DNA from: the human T2T-CHM13v2.0 reference genome, Homo sapiens
DNA: 64,000 nucleotides
Strand: one strand, 5' to 3'
NCBI RefSeq assembly: GCF_009914755.1
Contig: NC_060925.1
A program made the translations under genes and the position numbers. Below, one piece after another: positions 1 through 19,717 of the stretch (position 1 is its first letter; every line of letters begins with the position of its first letter). Below the pieces are notes generated by a model that saw only the letters and a program-made list of their open reading frames with translations, was not told where the DNA came from and searched no databases.

Positions 1-765
1 AAAAAAGAATAAAAAAGAATGAACAAAACCTCTGACAAATATGGGATTATGTAAAGAGACCAAACCTACGACTCATTGGCATCCCTAAAACAGAGGGAGA
101 GAAAGCAAGCAAGCATATTTCAGGATACTGTACACTAAAAATTTCCCAACCTCTCCAGAGAGGTTGACATTCAAATCCAGAAAAAGCAGAGTACCCCTAT
201 GAGATACTATACAAAATGACCATCCCCAAGACATAGTCATCAGATTCTTCAAGGTCAACGTGAAAGAAAAAATATTAAAGGCAGCTAGAGAGGAGAGGCA
301 GGTCACCTACAAAGGGAATCCTATCAAGCTAACAGTGGACCTTTCAGCAGAAATCCTGTAAGTCAGAAGAGATTGGGGGCCTACATTCAGCAATCTTAAA
401 GAAAAGAAACTCCAACCAAGAATTTCATATCCACCCAAACTAAGCTTCATAAGTGAAGGTAAGAAAATGCTAAGAAAATTCATTACCACCAGACCTTACA
501 AGAGGTCCTTAAGGGAGTGCTAAACGTGGAAATGAAAGACTGTTATTTACCACCACAAAAACACACTTAAGGACATAGACCATTCACACTATAAAGTAAC
601 TGCACTATCAAGTCTGCATAACAACGAGCTAATAGGTTTGTTAGGTTTGTTTTGACAGGATCAAATCTGCACATATTAATATTAACCTTGAAAGTAAATG
701 GGTTATATGCCATACTTAAAAGGCACAAAGTGGCAAGTTAGATAAAGAAGGAAGACTCAACTCTA

Positions 766-1062
<297 letters not shown>

Positions 1063-1479
1063 GAAATCCATTTCACATGCAATGACACCCATAGGCTCAA
1101 AGCAAAAAGATGGAGAAAAATCTACCAAGCAAATGGAAAACCAAAAAAAGCAGGGGTTACTATTTTAATTTCAGACAAAATAGACTCCTAAACCAAGAAT
1201 GATTTTAAAAAGACAAAGAATGGCATTACATAATGATAAAGGGTTTGATTCAACAAGAAGAATTAACTATCTTAAATATATATAATCCCAATGCTGGAGC
1301 ACCCAGATTCATAAAATAAGTTCTTAGAAACCTATCAGGAGACTTAGATAACCACACAACAGTGGTGCAAGACTTCAACACCCCACTGACAGTATTAGAC
1401 AGATAATTGAGGCAGAAAATTAAGAAAGATGTTTGAGACCTGAACTCTACACGACCAAATGGACCTAACAGACATCTAC

Positions 1480-1761
<282 letters not shown>

Positions 1762-2893
1762 TCAAAATCATACAATTACTTGGAAATTAAGCAATCTGCT
1801 CCTGAATGACTTTTGGGTAAACACTGAAATTAACACAGAAATCAAAAAATCAAAAAATTATTTGAAACTAATGAGAACAAGGATATAACATACCAGAAAC
1901 TCTGAGACACAGCTAAATTAGTGTTAAGAGGAAAGTTTATTCTGCTAATCGCTCACATCAAAAGGTTAGAAAGATCTCAAATTGACAACCTAACATCACA
2001 CCTGGAGGAACTAGAAAAATAAGAGTAAACCAATCCCAAAGCTAGAAGAAGAAAAATAACCAAAATTAGAGTGGAACTGAATGAATTTGAGATGTGAAAA
2101 ACCATACAAAAGATCAACAAAACCTTTGTTTTTTGAAAGAATAAATAAGATAGACTGCTAGCTAGACTAAGAGAGAATATCCAAATAAACATAACCAGAA
2201 ACAACAAAAAGGACATTACTACTGACACCACAGAAATACAAAAAAACCCTCAGAGGCTATTACAAACACCTCTATGCACAAAAACTAGAAAATCTAAAGG
2301 AACTGGATGAATTCCTGCAAACACACAATCTCCCAAGATTGAACCAGGAAGAAACTGAAACCATAAACAGACTAATAATGAGTTCCAAAACTGAATCAGT
2401 AATAAAGAGCCTACCTACCAATCAGAAAAAGCCCTGAATGAGACAAATTTACAGCTGAATTCTACCAGACGTATAAGAGTTGCTACCAATCCTGCTGAAA
2501 CTATTCCAAAACATTCCTCCCTAACTCATTCTTTGAGGCCAGCATGATTCTGATACCAAAACCTGGCAGAAGCATCAAAAAAAGTAAACTTCAAGCCAAT
2601 ATTCCTAATGAACACAGATGCAAACATCCTCAACAAAATATTAACAAACTGAATCTAGTAGCACATCAATGACCTAAGTGGCCATTAGTCAAAAAGCTAA
2701 TCCACCATGATAACATTAGCTTTATTCCTGGGATGCAAGGTTGGTTCAACATACAAAAATCAATAAATGTGATTCAGCACACAAACAGAACTAAAAACAA
2801 AAACCACATGATCATCTCAACAGATGCTGAAAAGGCTTTCTATAAATTCAACATCTATTCATCTTAAAAACTCTCAACAAGCTAGGCACTTAA

Positions 2894-3130
<237 letters not shown>

Positions 3131-3464
3131 TGATTTTATACCTAGAAAACCTCATAGCCTCTACCCAAAAGCTTCTAGATCTGATAAACAACTTTAGCAA
3201 AGTTTCAGGACACAAAAATCAATGTACAAAAATCCATAGCATTTCTATACACCAACAATGTCCAAGCTGAAGAACTAAATCAAGAACACAATCCCATTCA
3301 CAATGGCCACACACACAAAATAAAATACCTAGGAATACAGCTAACGAGGGAAGTGAAAAAGCTCTACAACAAGAATTGCAAAACTACAAAATGCTGTTGA
3401 AAGAAATAAGAGACAACACAAACAAATGGAAAAACATTCCATGCTCAAGAATAAGAAGAATCAA

Positions 3465-3762
3465 TTTTTTTTTTTTTTTTTTTGAGACGGAGTCTCGCTC
3501 TGCCACCCAGGCTGGAGTGCAGTGGCTGATCTCAGTTCACTGCAAGCTCTGCCTCCTGGGTTCATGCCATTCTCCTGCCTCAGCCTCCCGAGTAGCTGGG
3601 ACTACAGGCGCCCACTACAATGCCCGGCTAATTTTTTGTATTTTTAGTAGAGACGGGTTTCACCGTGTTAGCCAGGATAGTCTTGATCTCCTGACCTCGT
3701 GATCCTCCCGCCTTGGCCTTCCAAAGTGCTGGGATTACAGGTGTGAGCCACCGCGCCCCGCC
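3465..3762 (-). mobile_element. AluY
   Basis: Y diagnostics; TSD AAGAATCAAT at 3456-3465 and 3765-3774. Confidence 0.92.
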
Positions 3763-3837
3763 AAAAGAATCAATGTTGTTAAAATGACCATGCTGACCAA
3801 AGCAATGTACAGATGCAGTGCTATTCCGATCCAACTA

Positions 3838-4340
<503 letters not shown>

Positions 4341-4459
4341 TCACATATGAAATAGTGAATAAGGTTAACAGCAATGACAGTGATCACGGACAGGCAATGC
4401 TCCTAGCATCCCCTAAGTGGCAATAAAGCGCACAAAAGGAAGTGAAAAAGCCTAAGGAA

Positions 4460-5420
4460 TGGGGGGTAAAAATTTGCAGAGCATATATCTAATAAGGGTC
4501 TAGTATTCAGAATATATAAATAACTCTTATAGTCAATAACAAGAAGACAAACAACCCAATTACAAAATGGGATATGAATTTAATAGATGTTACTCCAAGG
4601 AAGATACACAAATGGCCAACAAGTCCATGGAAAGATGTTCAGCATCTTCAACATCATTAGTCATTAGTTAAATGAAAATCAAAACTACAATGAAATACCA
4701 CTTCACATTCGCTAGGATCACTGTAATTTTAAAAATAAAAGAAAGAGAAAAAATAAATAATAAAAAAAGATAAAAGTTTTGGTGAGGACTGGAGAAATTG
4801 GAACTCTAATACTTTGCAGATGACAATGTGAAATGTTTCAGCCCCTGTGAAAAACAGTTTGGCAATTCCTCATAAAGTTGCACATATGACCCAGTAATTC
4901 TAGTCTTTGGTATATACCCCAAAGAATCGAAAACAAGTAGTCAGACAAACTCTTGCACACAGATGTTCACAGCCCCACTTTCCCCAATAGTCAAAAGGCA
5001 GAAACAACTCAGATATCCACCAACTGATGAATGTATAAGCAGATCATTGTATATACATACAAAAGGATATTATTCAGCCAGAAAAATGAATGAAGTACTG
5101 ATAAATGCTACAATGTGGATGAACCTTATAAACATCATGCTAGATGAAAGAAGCCAGACATAAAGGTCAGATATTTTATGATTCCATTTATATGAAATAT
5201 CCAGAATCATAAATCTACAGAGACAGCAGATTGTTGGTTGTCAGGAGGTGGGGGAAAGGGGAAATGGAGGTATGGGGTTCTGGTTTTGGGTAATGAAAAT
5301 GGTTAGGAACCAGACAGATGTACACAGCATTGTGACCCTACTAAATGTCAATGAATATCACTTTAAAACAGTTAATTTTGCTATGTAAATTTCACCTCAA
5401 GTTTTTTAAGAAAGGAAAAA
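4460..5420 (+). mobile_element. Old L1M 3' end fragment
   Basis: Degenerate ORF2 C-terminus and L1MB/MC-type 3'UTR. Confidence 0.8.
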
Positions 5421-5639
5421 AGATACCAAAAAAAAGAAGGAATAACTGAGAGCACACTGTCTCTGAGGAGGCAGATGGCAACAGAATCAGTAGTACAGAT
5501 GGAAGAAAACTGATTAAATTCTTCTTTGTACTTCGTATATTTTCAGACATGGTTATCACCTTCTGTAGCACTTCAGGAAAAATCTGGCAAAAATGATGGC
5601 TATATTATTGGGATATAAACTGCAAAATAGTAATAATAA

Positions 5640-6252
5640 TATCAGTTGACATTTATTTATGTGCTAGGCATTTTGCTAAAAGATTTATATAAATTATTTC
5701 ACTTAAGCCTAACACTCTATGGGACAGACTTCATTATTCTCTTTTACAGATGAGGAAATAAGAGAAACCATGTAATTTGTTTAATCTCATAGAAATATTA
5801 AGAAGCAAAACTGTGAATCAAATCCAGGTTTTTATGATCTTAAAGTCTATGTTCTCCAACATCACACTATACCGTCTCCAGATTGAAAGAAGGAAAAGCC
5901 TGTGATCAACAAGAGGATAAAGGCCTATGATACACAATGGGAATACCACTGTTTCTCCTAGATCTGGGAGAATGACTAATGTTTAACTTTAGTTCAGAAA
6001 CTGAAACAAGTGGTAAACATTTATTGAGCATTTACTATGTGCTGGGCATTATTCTAAGCATATTACAAATATAAACTCATTTAATCTTTACAGCAACTCT
6101 ATAAATATGAAACATAGGATTATTATCCCAATTTTACATATGAGAAACTAAACTACAGATGGGTTAAATAATTGGTTGAAAATCACCTAACTAGTAAGTG
6201 GCAAAACCAAGAATCCAGGCAATTTGTCTTTAGAGCCCATGCTCTTAACTAG

Positions 6253-6255
<3 letters not shown>
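5640..6255 (-). mobile_element. Two MIR elements (~5640-5870 and ~6010-6255)
   Basis: MIR core TTTTACAGATGAGGAAA / TTTTACATATGAGAAACT. Confidence 0.65.
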
Positions 6256-6298
<43 letters not shown>

Positions 6299-6310
6299 TC
6301 TCTCTCTCTC
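6256..6310. repeat. (TA)n(CT)n microsatellite
   Basis: Directly visible. Confidence 0.95.
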
Positions 6311-6573
6311 CTTTTAAAGCATTCTGCAAGTAAGGAAATTGAGGCTTAGAGGTTATGCGCTTTGCCTAAGATTGTTTATTAAGTGGTCTCAGGGTATTTG
6401 AACATTGGGTATCTAACTACAAAGTCCATGCCTTTCCACTGCACTGCTTGTAAAGATCACCAACATAAGATGATGGGCATGAATAAACTGCGTCTAAGGG
6501 GTGGGTATAGAGCAAGAATTCTCAGTCAAGAATCTTCAAAGATGAGGAAATTGTTAAAGCTTACATGCACAGC

Positions 6574-6892
<319 letters not shown>

Positions 6893-7444
6893 CTACTATC
6901 AAGCTATATTTCATGAACCTCAAAAGTAAATCTAAAATCCAAGGTCTAAGTAAACTGGAAGCTGATAATACTTTCTCCTCACAGTAGTCTCCCTCTAATT
7001 ATTCTGGCCTCCAAAGTTCAGGTATAATTACACAAATGAAAACAGAATTGCAAAGCACTGAACAAAAAAAATCATAGAAATTTCTGTCATATAAGAAAGT
7101 GAATAAAGCCAGGACCTATTTAAAAGTGAAAAGGAGAAGTAAAAATAAAAATGACAAAATAAAGCTGAGGATAAAAGCAAGATTTATACCTTTTTAAAAA
7201 GATGTTTTAAAAGGTGTTTATAAAGATGTTAGTGGAATAATCAACATGATTGAATAATATGCTCCAATAAGTAATTAAAAGGAAAATTAAATTTTGTTGA
7301 AAAGAATAAAAATTGGTAGAATAGCAGACAAGACTATCTAATATGCCAGCTTTATCTTTCATCACTCTCTTAGATGTTAACCACCAGCCTTGGTGGCCTT
7401 CTTTCGGTTCCTCATATATACTAACCTCTCTTGTTACATACACT

Positions 7445-8290
7445 AATTTATTCATTCACCAAAAATTGCTGGGCACCTACCATGTACCAAGCATCATGCT
7501 AGGTGACTGGATGAGTGGTAAATACTCTTTGCTCTCAAGAAGCTCACATACTAGTGAAAGAGACAGACATTAAATAGCCACAAAAGTGTTAAATGTAGTC
7601 ATGATAAAGGAAAGTGTCAATAGGGAAAAATACAAGGTACTATAATTGTATACAGCAGTCTAATGTATTATGAAAGGTTGAGAAGGCCTTTTCCTGTGGA
7701 AATATTTAAATCAAGACCTGAAGGATGAACAGTGGCTCAGCAGGCAGAGGAAACAACACAGCTTATCCCAGGATGTAGGGTGAGTGAAGGAAAAAAGTGA
7801 GTGTGTATGAAAGTGATGAGAAATATGAACAAGATAACTCCCAGAAAATTGTTATTAGCAACCAAGTAGATGATGGTACCATTTATTGAAACAGAGAACT
7901 CCAGAATGAAAGCAAGTCAATGGGATAAGATTATGAAATTAATTGCAGACAATTAATTGATGTACTGGTGAGACAATTAAGTGGTCATAAGCAATAGGCA
8001 GTTGGACACATAGGTTTGGGGCTTAGAGCAAAAGTTTGGGCTATGCAAATACATTCTGGAAAAGTACCTGTATATATAAGTGAAGTTATGGGAGAAGATT
8101 AGCTAAATCACTTTGGGATAATATAGTGCATAAAAAAGACAAGTACCAAGCATTTAGAGGACATGAGAAAAAAAGTAACTAGAAAGAATGAAAACCTTGA
8201 AAGTATACTAACATAAAACAAGGAAAGAGATTATTTCAATGAGAGAGATTTGAAACGCTACTGAGAGGTCAAGTGAAATGAAAATATTTG
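7445..8290 (-). mobile_element. Degenerate L2 fragment
   Basis: L2 3'-end signature TTATTCATTCACCAAAAATTGCTGGGCACCTACCATGT and downstream L2-like sequence. Confidence 0.55.
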
Positions 8291-8799
8291 CTCTTTGGCT
8301 CAGAACATTTGTTTGTTCTTGAGCTGGATAAATTTATATTCATCCTTCAGGATTCAGCTGAGTTATTTCTTCTATTCAGCATTTCCAGACTCCTAATTCT
8401 GTCTTATGTACCCATTCTACATGTACCGGGTACATATCCTTATCATAGCATTTATCATTCTGTGTCATAATTGTAACTGCCTATATACTTGTGTCCATAT
8501 TTCCACCATGCTTGAAATTTTCAAATGTGTGAAGAAGGAAGACTGTGGGTCTGGATCAACATTTTGTCTCCCCTAAATGCAGTCTTTCTCACGTTTATGT
8601 CTCATCTTCACCAAGCAACTAACATAGTACCTGGCTACAAGGTTAGTACTCAGTAAATAGTTGTCACCATTTATTTATTTAGTATCTATTATATGGCAAT
8701 AACTGAGCTGGAGGTAGTTGAGAAAATAAGGCATTAATGATTAGACAAGGACTCCACCCTCAGGGAGCTTCTTTTCCGATTATACACAGCTAATACTTA

Positions 8800-8955
<156 letters not shown>

Positions 8956-9725
8956 TTATAATTAAATTAACATGAAAAAGACTGACCTTGTCCTTACTTG
9001 TAAATAAAAACTTGGTACTAAGCATCTTTGAGAAATGTTTTCATCAATTATAAGTTCCTTGAGAGCAATGAGCAACTTGAGAGCAATGTAATGATTCAGA
9101 TCTTTTAGATCACTGCATGTTTAAATCCTTAAACTCTAAAATATTTTCATTTTAATTGATAGTACCTGGAAATCTGCATGCAACCCTCTGCAACCATTGC
9201 CTCAGCTACCTCAACCTTCCAATACAGTAGAAAAATTTCCGGGGTGTACTTTCATAATCCATTGAGTTGTAGACTCACACAAAGATGGGTTATGCCTGTG
9301 ACAGGGAGGCATCAGAATATTTTCGAATATACATAATTTTAGATACTATGCTCAATTAATATATCGTTTTGTTTCAAAGGATATTATCTCCATAAAATAG
9401 TTGGCTGTTGGTCTCCCAGCAGAACTGTTCCAGCTTCTCTCTTAGTTGTTTTTATATTGTTTGCTATTCAGCACTTCTAATTAGTTCTTTCTCTTCTTCC
9501 TGCTTTTCTTTATGTTTCCTGTTCGTATCTCTATCATTTAAGTGTCTCCAACAGAAAGTCAGATAAAAAGTTTCAGTATAACTGTTGGCTTTTATCATTA
9601 CTGTCAGCCAAAAGGGACACTCTTTTTCCAATAGATAAGGATTTACCAGTAATCTCTTTAGTGTAATCTTTTGCATTCTCTGCTGCACTTTGATTAGTGC
9701 TTTATGCTAAGAGGATGTGGCTTTA

Positions 9726-10191
<466 letters not shown>

Positions 10192-11114
10192 AGTACCAAT
10201 ATTTTTGAGCTGTATCTCAATTATTATATATTTTTGTAAAACTTATGATTTCAGGAAACTTTCTAATAATTTTCTATGCAAGTTATTAAAAACTGAATTT
10301 AAACATATAGCAGTATCCTCCAAAAGTTTCGTTAAACATTTCAAAATCAAACCCACTCAGCATTTTTATATCTATTTAAGCAAGTGGTCTTGATCTTGAG
10401 AAACAGGGAACCATTCATACACTTTTTTTTTTTGCTATATACCAGTTAATTAGCTGCTCCAAAAGTAAGACATCCTAAACATTCAGGAAACCACAGTAGT
10501 TTATCATGCTATCCTAGTTTTAAAATCAAAGGTATATATAGGTGTTTTTTAATCAGGTTTATTAAGGTATAATTTACATACAAGGTATTCATTTTAAGTG
10601 AACTATTCCATGAGATTTCACAAATGTATATATGTTTTTAACTCAATCACAATAATAAAGATATAAAAAATTTCCATCATACTGGTAAGTTTCCTCATGC
10701 ATCTTTGCAGTCCTGAACAAACATTGGTCTGCTTTCTGTCATTACGTATTTCCCTTCCTTCAAATTTTTCTTAATAGGCTTTATTTTTCAGAGCAGTTTC
10801 AGATTTTCAGCAAAGTTGATCAAAAAGAAGAGAGTTCCTGTGTATCCCTTGTTCCCCCCGCACACACAACCTGCCCCACTATCAATATCTGGCACCAGAG
10901 TGGTACACTCGTTACAACCGATGAACCTATATTGACACATCATTATCACCCAAAGTCCATAGTTTACATCAGAGTTGACTCTTGGTGTTGTCCATTATAG
11001 GAGTTTGGACAAATGTATAATGACATGTAGCCACCATTATAGTATAATACAGAAGAGTTTCACTGCCCTTAGAATTCTCTATGCTCTGCCTCTCCCTTAA
11101 TACTTGGGAACCAC

Positions 11115-11150
<36 letters not shown>

Positions 11151-11594
11151 GCCTCCACAATTTTGTCTTTCCAGAATGTCATATAGTTGGAGTCATACAG
11201 TATGTAGCCTTTTCAGATTGGCTTCTTTCACTTAGTAATATGCATTTAAGTTTCTTCCATGTCTTGTCATGGCTTGACAGGTCTTTTTCTTTTTAGTGCT
11301 GAATAACATTCCTTGTCTGGGTGTCCCAACATTCCTTGTCTGGGTGTCCCACAATTTATACATTCACCTGCTGAAGGACATTTTAGTTGCTTCCAAGTTT
11401 CAGCAATTATGAATAAAACTGCTATAAACAACCATGTGCAGGTTTTTGTGTGAACATAAGTTTCCAACTCATGTGGGTAATTATCAAGGAACATGATTGC
11501 TGGATCATATGATAAGAGCATCTTTAGTTTTGTAAGGAACTTCTAAACTGTCTTCCAAAGTGACTATACTGTTTTTCCCACCAGCAATAAGTGA

Positions 11595-11987
<393 letters not shown>

Positions 11988-11990
11988 TAG

Positions 11991-12545
<555 letters not shown>

Positions 12546-15289
12546 TGAATAAAAGTGGCAAGAGTAAATATCCTTATCATGCTCCTGATTGTAGGGGGAA
12601 AAACATCTCTTCTTTCACCACAAAAAATGATGACTCTAGCTGTGAGTTTTTCATAGATAGCCTTAAACAGGTTGAGGAAAATGCCTTCTATTCCAAGTTT
12701 TTTTTAGAGTGTTTATCATGAAAGGGTGTTAATTTGTCATACGATTTTTCTGTGTCTATTGAGATGACTGTGTGTCTTGTTTTTTTATTCTATTAATATT
12801 ATATATTATACTGATTGATTTTCGTATTTTAAAACAACATTGGATTCCTGGGATAAATCTCACCTTAGTCATAGTGACTGATCTTTTTATATGTTGCTGG
12901 ACTCCATTTGTTAGTATTTTGTTGAGGATTTTGTATCTATATTCATTAGTGATATTCGTGTAGGTTTTCTTTTCTTGTGATGTCTTTGCTTTTGGATTCA
13001 GAGTAGTATATTGGTCTCACAGAATGAGTTGGGAAATTGTTACCTTTTATTTTCTGGAAGAGTTTTTGAAGAATTAGTGTTGATTCTTCTTTAAATGTGT
13101 GTCACAATTCACCAGTGAAGACATCTAGTCCTTGACTTTCCTTTGTGAGTAGTTTTTCATTTGCTAATTCAATCTACTTAACTTGTTATAGAGCCAGTCA
13201 GAATTTATGTTTCTGCTTGAATCATTTTTGGTAGATTGTGTCTTACTAGGCATCTGTTCATTTATTCTTGGTTATCTAATTTGTTGGCTTATTTATACTA
13301 TTCCTTTGTAATCCTTTTTATTTCAGTGTAGGTTTTTATGTGGACCTAAGTTTTCAAATTAATTGGGTAAATACCAAGTAGGATTGCAACTGCTGAGTCC
13401 TATGGTTAAACTATGTTTCACTTTGTAAGAAACTGCCGAACAGTGCTCTAAAGAGGCAGTACCATTTTGCATTCTAACCAACAAAGAATGAGAGTTCCTT
13501 TGCTCAACATTCTCAGTAGCAATTAATATTATCAGCTTTTTGGATTTTAGCCATTTCTAATAGGTATGTAATGGCATCTCACTGCTGTTTTAATTTGCAA
13601 CTTACTAATGACAAATGAGGTTGAGCATCTCTTTATATGCTTTTTTCTGTCTGTGTGTCTTCTTCGGTAAGGTGTCTATTCAGATCTTTGCCCATTTTTA
13701 ATTGGGTTGTTTGTTATGTTTGAGTTTTATGAGCTCTTTGTATATTTTAGATACAAGTCTATCAGATATGCATTATGCAAATATTTTCTCCTAATCTGTG
13801 GCTAGTTTCTTCATTCTCTTAATAGTGTATTTTTCAGAGCAGTTTTCAATTTTAACAAAGTCCAACTTATGACTTTTTTCTCTCACATAACATACAGTAT
13901 TGTTGTGGTACCTAAAAACCCACTGCCAAACACAAGATTATCTATAATTTCCTATGAGTCTTATAGTTTTGAGTTTTATGTTTAGGTTTATGGACCACTT
14001 TGAGTTAATTTTTGTGAAAGGTCTGTATCTAGGTTCACGTTTTTGGATATAGATATTCAATTATTCCAGCACCATTTGTTGAAGAGAATATCCTTTTTCT
14101 ATTACATTTCTTTTGCCCTTTGTCAAGTCAGTCTACTCTATGTGTGGATCTTATGGACTCTCTAATCTGGACTATATAAGGACTCTATTTATGGACTCTA
14201 TTTCCTTTCACTGTTCTATCTGTCTCTTCCATTAATCTATTCTTTGACTTATACCATACTGTCTTGATTACTACAGCTTCATAGTAAGTCTTAAAATCGA
14301 GTAGTATGAGTCCTTCTACTTTTTGGCTATTCTAGGTTTCCTGCCTTTCCACATGAGTTTTAGAAACAGTTTGCCAATATCTACAAAATATTTTGCTATG
14401 AATTTCACTGGGATTGCACTGGATCTACAGATCAAGTTGGGAAGAACTGACATTTTTAAAATATTGGGTCTTCCAATCCAAGAACATAAGATATCTCTCC
14501 ATTTATTGTCATCAGTGTATTGTAGCTTTCTGCATTATAGGTCCTATATTTTGTTAGGTATATACCTAAGTATTTCACATTTTTGGTTCTATTGTCAATA
14601 ATTTTTAAAATTTAAAATAAATTGCTCACTGCTGGTATATAAAAAAGCAGTTGATTTTTGAATATTAACCTTGCTTCCTGTAAACTTGCTATACTCATTT
14701 ATCGGTTTCAGGAGTTTTGTTCCTTTTTGATTCTTTGGGATTTTCTACATAGACAATTATGTCATCTGCAAATAAAGATAGATTTATTTCTTCTTTTCCA
14801 GTTTGTAGGCCTTTTGTTTCTTTTTCTTGTCTTATTGCATTATTTAGAACTTCTAGTATGAAGGTGAATAGGAATGGTAAGGAATTGTTACATCTTCCTG
14901 GAGAACCAAACCCTTTATCATCATGAAATGTCCCTTTTTGTCCTGATAATTGTCCTAGTTCTTAAAGGCTGCTTCATCTGAAATTAATATAGCCACACCA
15001 GATTTTTATTAATTAGCATGAGCATGAAATATCTTTCTCCATCCCTTTACTTTGAACATATCTGAACCTTTATAAAGTGGGTTTCTTACAGATCACATAT
15101 AGTTGGATATTGTTTTCTTAAATCCATTTTCATAATCTCTGCTTTTTTATTTAGACCATTTACATTTACAGTTATTTTGACATAATTAACATTTACCATA
15201 TTGTAGCTGGTTTCTATTAATACAGAGGTTGCACTTGTCCTTTGTTTCCTTTTTCCCTTTCTTTTCTGCCTCTTCTAGTGTTTTGGTTG

Positions 15290-15609
15290 CTTTTTTGTTT
15301 TTTGTTTTTTTTTTTTTTTTTTTTTTTGAGACAGAGTCTTATTCTGTCACCCAGGCTGGAGTGCAGTGGCATGATCTCAGCTTACTGCAACCTCCACCTC
15401 ACAGGTTCAAGTGATTCTCGTGTCTCAGCCTCCTGAGTAGCTGGGATTACAGGCATGCACCGCCACAACTGGCTAATTTTTTTATTTTTAGTAGAGATGG
15501 GGTTTCACCATGTTGGCCAGGCTGGTCTGGACTCCTGACCTCAGGTGATCCACCCACCTTGGCCTCCCAAAATGCTGGGATTACAGGTATGAGCCACCAC
15601 ACCCAGACC
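15290..15609 (-). mobile_element. AluS
   Basis: Consensus match; TSD TGCCTCTTCTAGT. Confidence 0.92.
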
Positions 15610-15941
15610 TGCCTCTTCTAGTTTTAATTTAGCATTTTATTTTGTTCCATTGTATCTACTCTCTTAAATCAATTATACTTCTTTTTTTAAAAAATTAATA
15701 TTTGCCCTAGAGATTGCAACATATATTTTTAACTAATTTAAGTCCACTTTCAAATAACACTATACTACTTCACATGTCATGCAGATACCATATAACAGAG
15801 TATTCCAATTCTATCCTCCCATCTTTTATGATATTGTTTCATTTATTTCAGTAATCCATGAGCTTTAATTACCTAATGAATCATTACCACTATTATGTTA
15901 AATAGCTATCTTTTAGATCAATCAACAATAAGAAAAATAGA

Positions 15942-16270
15942 GGCTGGACACAGTGGGTCACACCTGTAATCTCAGCACTTTGGAGGTCGAGGTGGGAGGA
16001 TCACTTGAGCCCAGGAGTTTGAGATCAGCAAGGGCAATATAGTGAGACCCTGCCTCCACAAAAATAAAAATAAAAAAATTAGCCAGGCATGGTGGCACAC
16101 ACCTGTGGTCCCAGCTGCTCAGAAGACTGAAGTGAGAGGATCACTTGAGCCTGGGAAGTCGAGGCTGCAGTGAGCCATGATCACGTCACTGCACTCCAGC
16201 CTGGGTGACAGGGCAAGACCCTGTCTCAGAAAAATAAATAAATAAAATAATAATAATAATGATAATAAAA
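15942..16270 (+). mobile_element. AluJ
   Basis: Consensus match with J diagnostics; (AAT)n tail. Confidence 0.9.
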
Positions 16271-17245
16271 TAATTTATTTTACCTTTATTCCTTCTCCCA
16301 CATTGTTCCTTACTATATGTAGACATGAGTTTTTCTCATTTTTCTTTTCCCTGAAGAACTTCCTTTAACCTTTCTTGCAGAACAGGCCTACTAATGATAA
16401 ACTCTCAGTTTTGTTTGTTTTGTTTTGTCTGAGCAAGTATTTCTTGCTCACATTTGAAGAATAATTTCACTAGATACAGAATTCTAGTTTGGTGGTTCTT
16501 TCAACATTTTGAATATTTCTCTCCACTCTCATCTTATTTTCATAGTTCCTTCTGAGAAATTCTTGTTCACTATAGTAGGTAATGTGGGTTTTTTCCTTTG
16601 GCTTCCTTCAGGATATTTTTTCTTTATTTGTCGTTTCATGCAGTTTAAATGTGATATGCCTAGGTGTTGATTCTTTGATATTTATCCTGTTTGATGTTCT
16701 CTGAGCTTTATGGATCTGTGGTTTTGTGTCTGTATTTAATTTTGGAAAATTCTCATCATTATTAATTCAAGTATTTCTTCTGATCCATTTGCTCTTCCTT
16801 CTTCTTCTGGTATTACAATTACACATATGTTAACACCTTTTGAAACTGTCCCACAGTTCTTGAATGTTCTCTTCAGTTTCTTTCATTCCTTTTTCTTTGC
16901 ATTTCTGTTTGGGAAGTTTCTATTGACAAATCTTTAAACTCATTATTAATTCTTTCTTCCCACAATAGATCATGTATCCCAGCTATTGATGAATTTTAAA
17001 TTCTCTGACTGATGAATTCCAAAATCATACCTGAGTCTCTGTGATATTTGCTTTGTTTCTCTGAAGTGTTTTTATTTTTCTTGCCTTTTAGCATGCCTTA
17101 TAATTTATTGTTCAAAGCCCAACATGACAAATCAGGTAACAGAACAGGTTAAAAGGCCTTTAGTGTGAGGTTTTATATTAATCTGGCTAGGTTGTGTTTA
17201 ATGGGTACTATAGCTGTAGGTGTCAGAAGCTTCAAATTCCTCTAG

Positions 17246-17947
<702 letters not shown>

Positions 17948-18348
17948 TGTCTTTGTGCTTCTTTTAAAAACTGTTATGTAGACAGACTCTGTCTATGTCT
18001 TGCTACTCTTTTAGCTATAATCCAGTTATCTTATTTGCTTCACATATTATATATAGAGGAGGTCCACCTCTTCCTTTCTTATGCTTTGGCCAAAATCAAA
18101 AGAGTTAAAATGAAAGATAAGGAAAGAAATGGATTAATGAGTTCTTTTGGTCAAAAAAAACAATGATTTCAGTGAATTCAGCTAATACAATTTTCTAATA
18201 CTGATAGTTGTACCTTGTGCTTACCTCATAAATTAGACATCTAATTTTATACTTCACTTTAATCAGAACATATACCACAAATTAAGTGCTATGATAAAAT
18301 AATAACCATGTAAACTTTTGCTTCTATTTGAAATAGAGCAAATTATTA

Positions 18349-18630
<282 letters not shown>

Positions 18631-18639
18631 CTATACTTA

Positions 18640-18813
<174 letters not shown>

Positions 18814-19498
18814 CTACCTCAATCTTAATTCTTAAGCAAAATATTTTAAAATGACCTTTGAGTGAACTAAAAGGTAAAACTTCAAAAATTAGATGATCTG
18901 CATTCTATTTTAGGTTACAGTGAATGAGATAATGAGTGGGACTGTAAAATTGTTTCTAAATTTTATAGATTTTGGCTATTATTTGCTCAAAAAATAAATA
19001 ATATGTAAGATACTACCAAATTTGTATGGGAGGAAAACATTAGAAAAACAAAAACATGCCAAAAAATATTCTGTATTTTGTTTGTGGATAGCTTCCCTCA
19101 AATTGTATCAACTTATAAGAAGCAATCATAATGTGAATGATGATATCTAGTATTTGTAATGCCTTTAAATTTGAGAAATGAATGTTAATAAATTTAAGAT
19201 GCTTAAATATGAATAGAAGTTAATGTTACTTATTTCAAGAATTCCTTTAAATTTTATTTTTATAAAATGCAAGATCAAAAAATTGCAAACTTTTCATTAC
19301 CCATATATAATGTTTCTGCAAGGAAATGTTTTTACTAAAAGTTACAAATACAATATGTTAATTTAAAATGGACAAATTTAATCCAGCAGTAGTGAGTGAA
19401 AATTAAATCAGTAAGTGCTTGTAAAGCGATTATATGAACAAAACCTTCACATTAACTTTTGGATATAATAAATTTAATTTTCAAAAGTAAAGGCCCTA

Positions 19499-19717
<219 letters not shown>

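Noticed and set aside
11305-11350. Perfect 23-bp tandem duplication (and an 18-bp one at 55058-55093)
   Set aside because: Ordinary slippage duplications inside dead L1 fragments; two copies only, no spacers, not an array.
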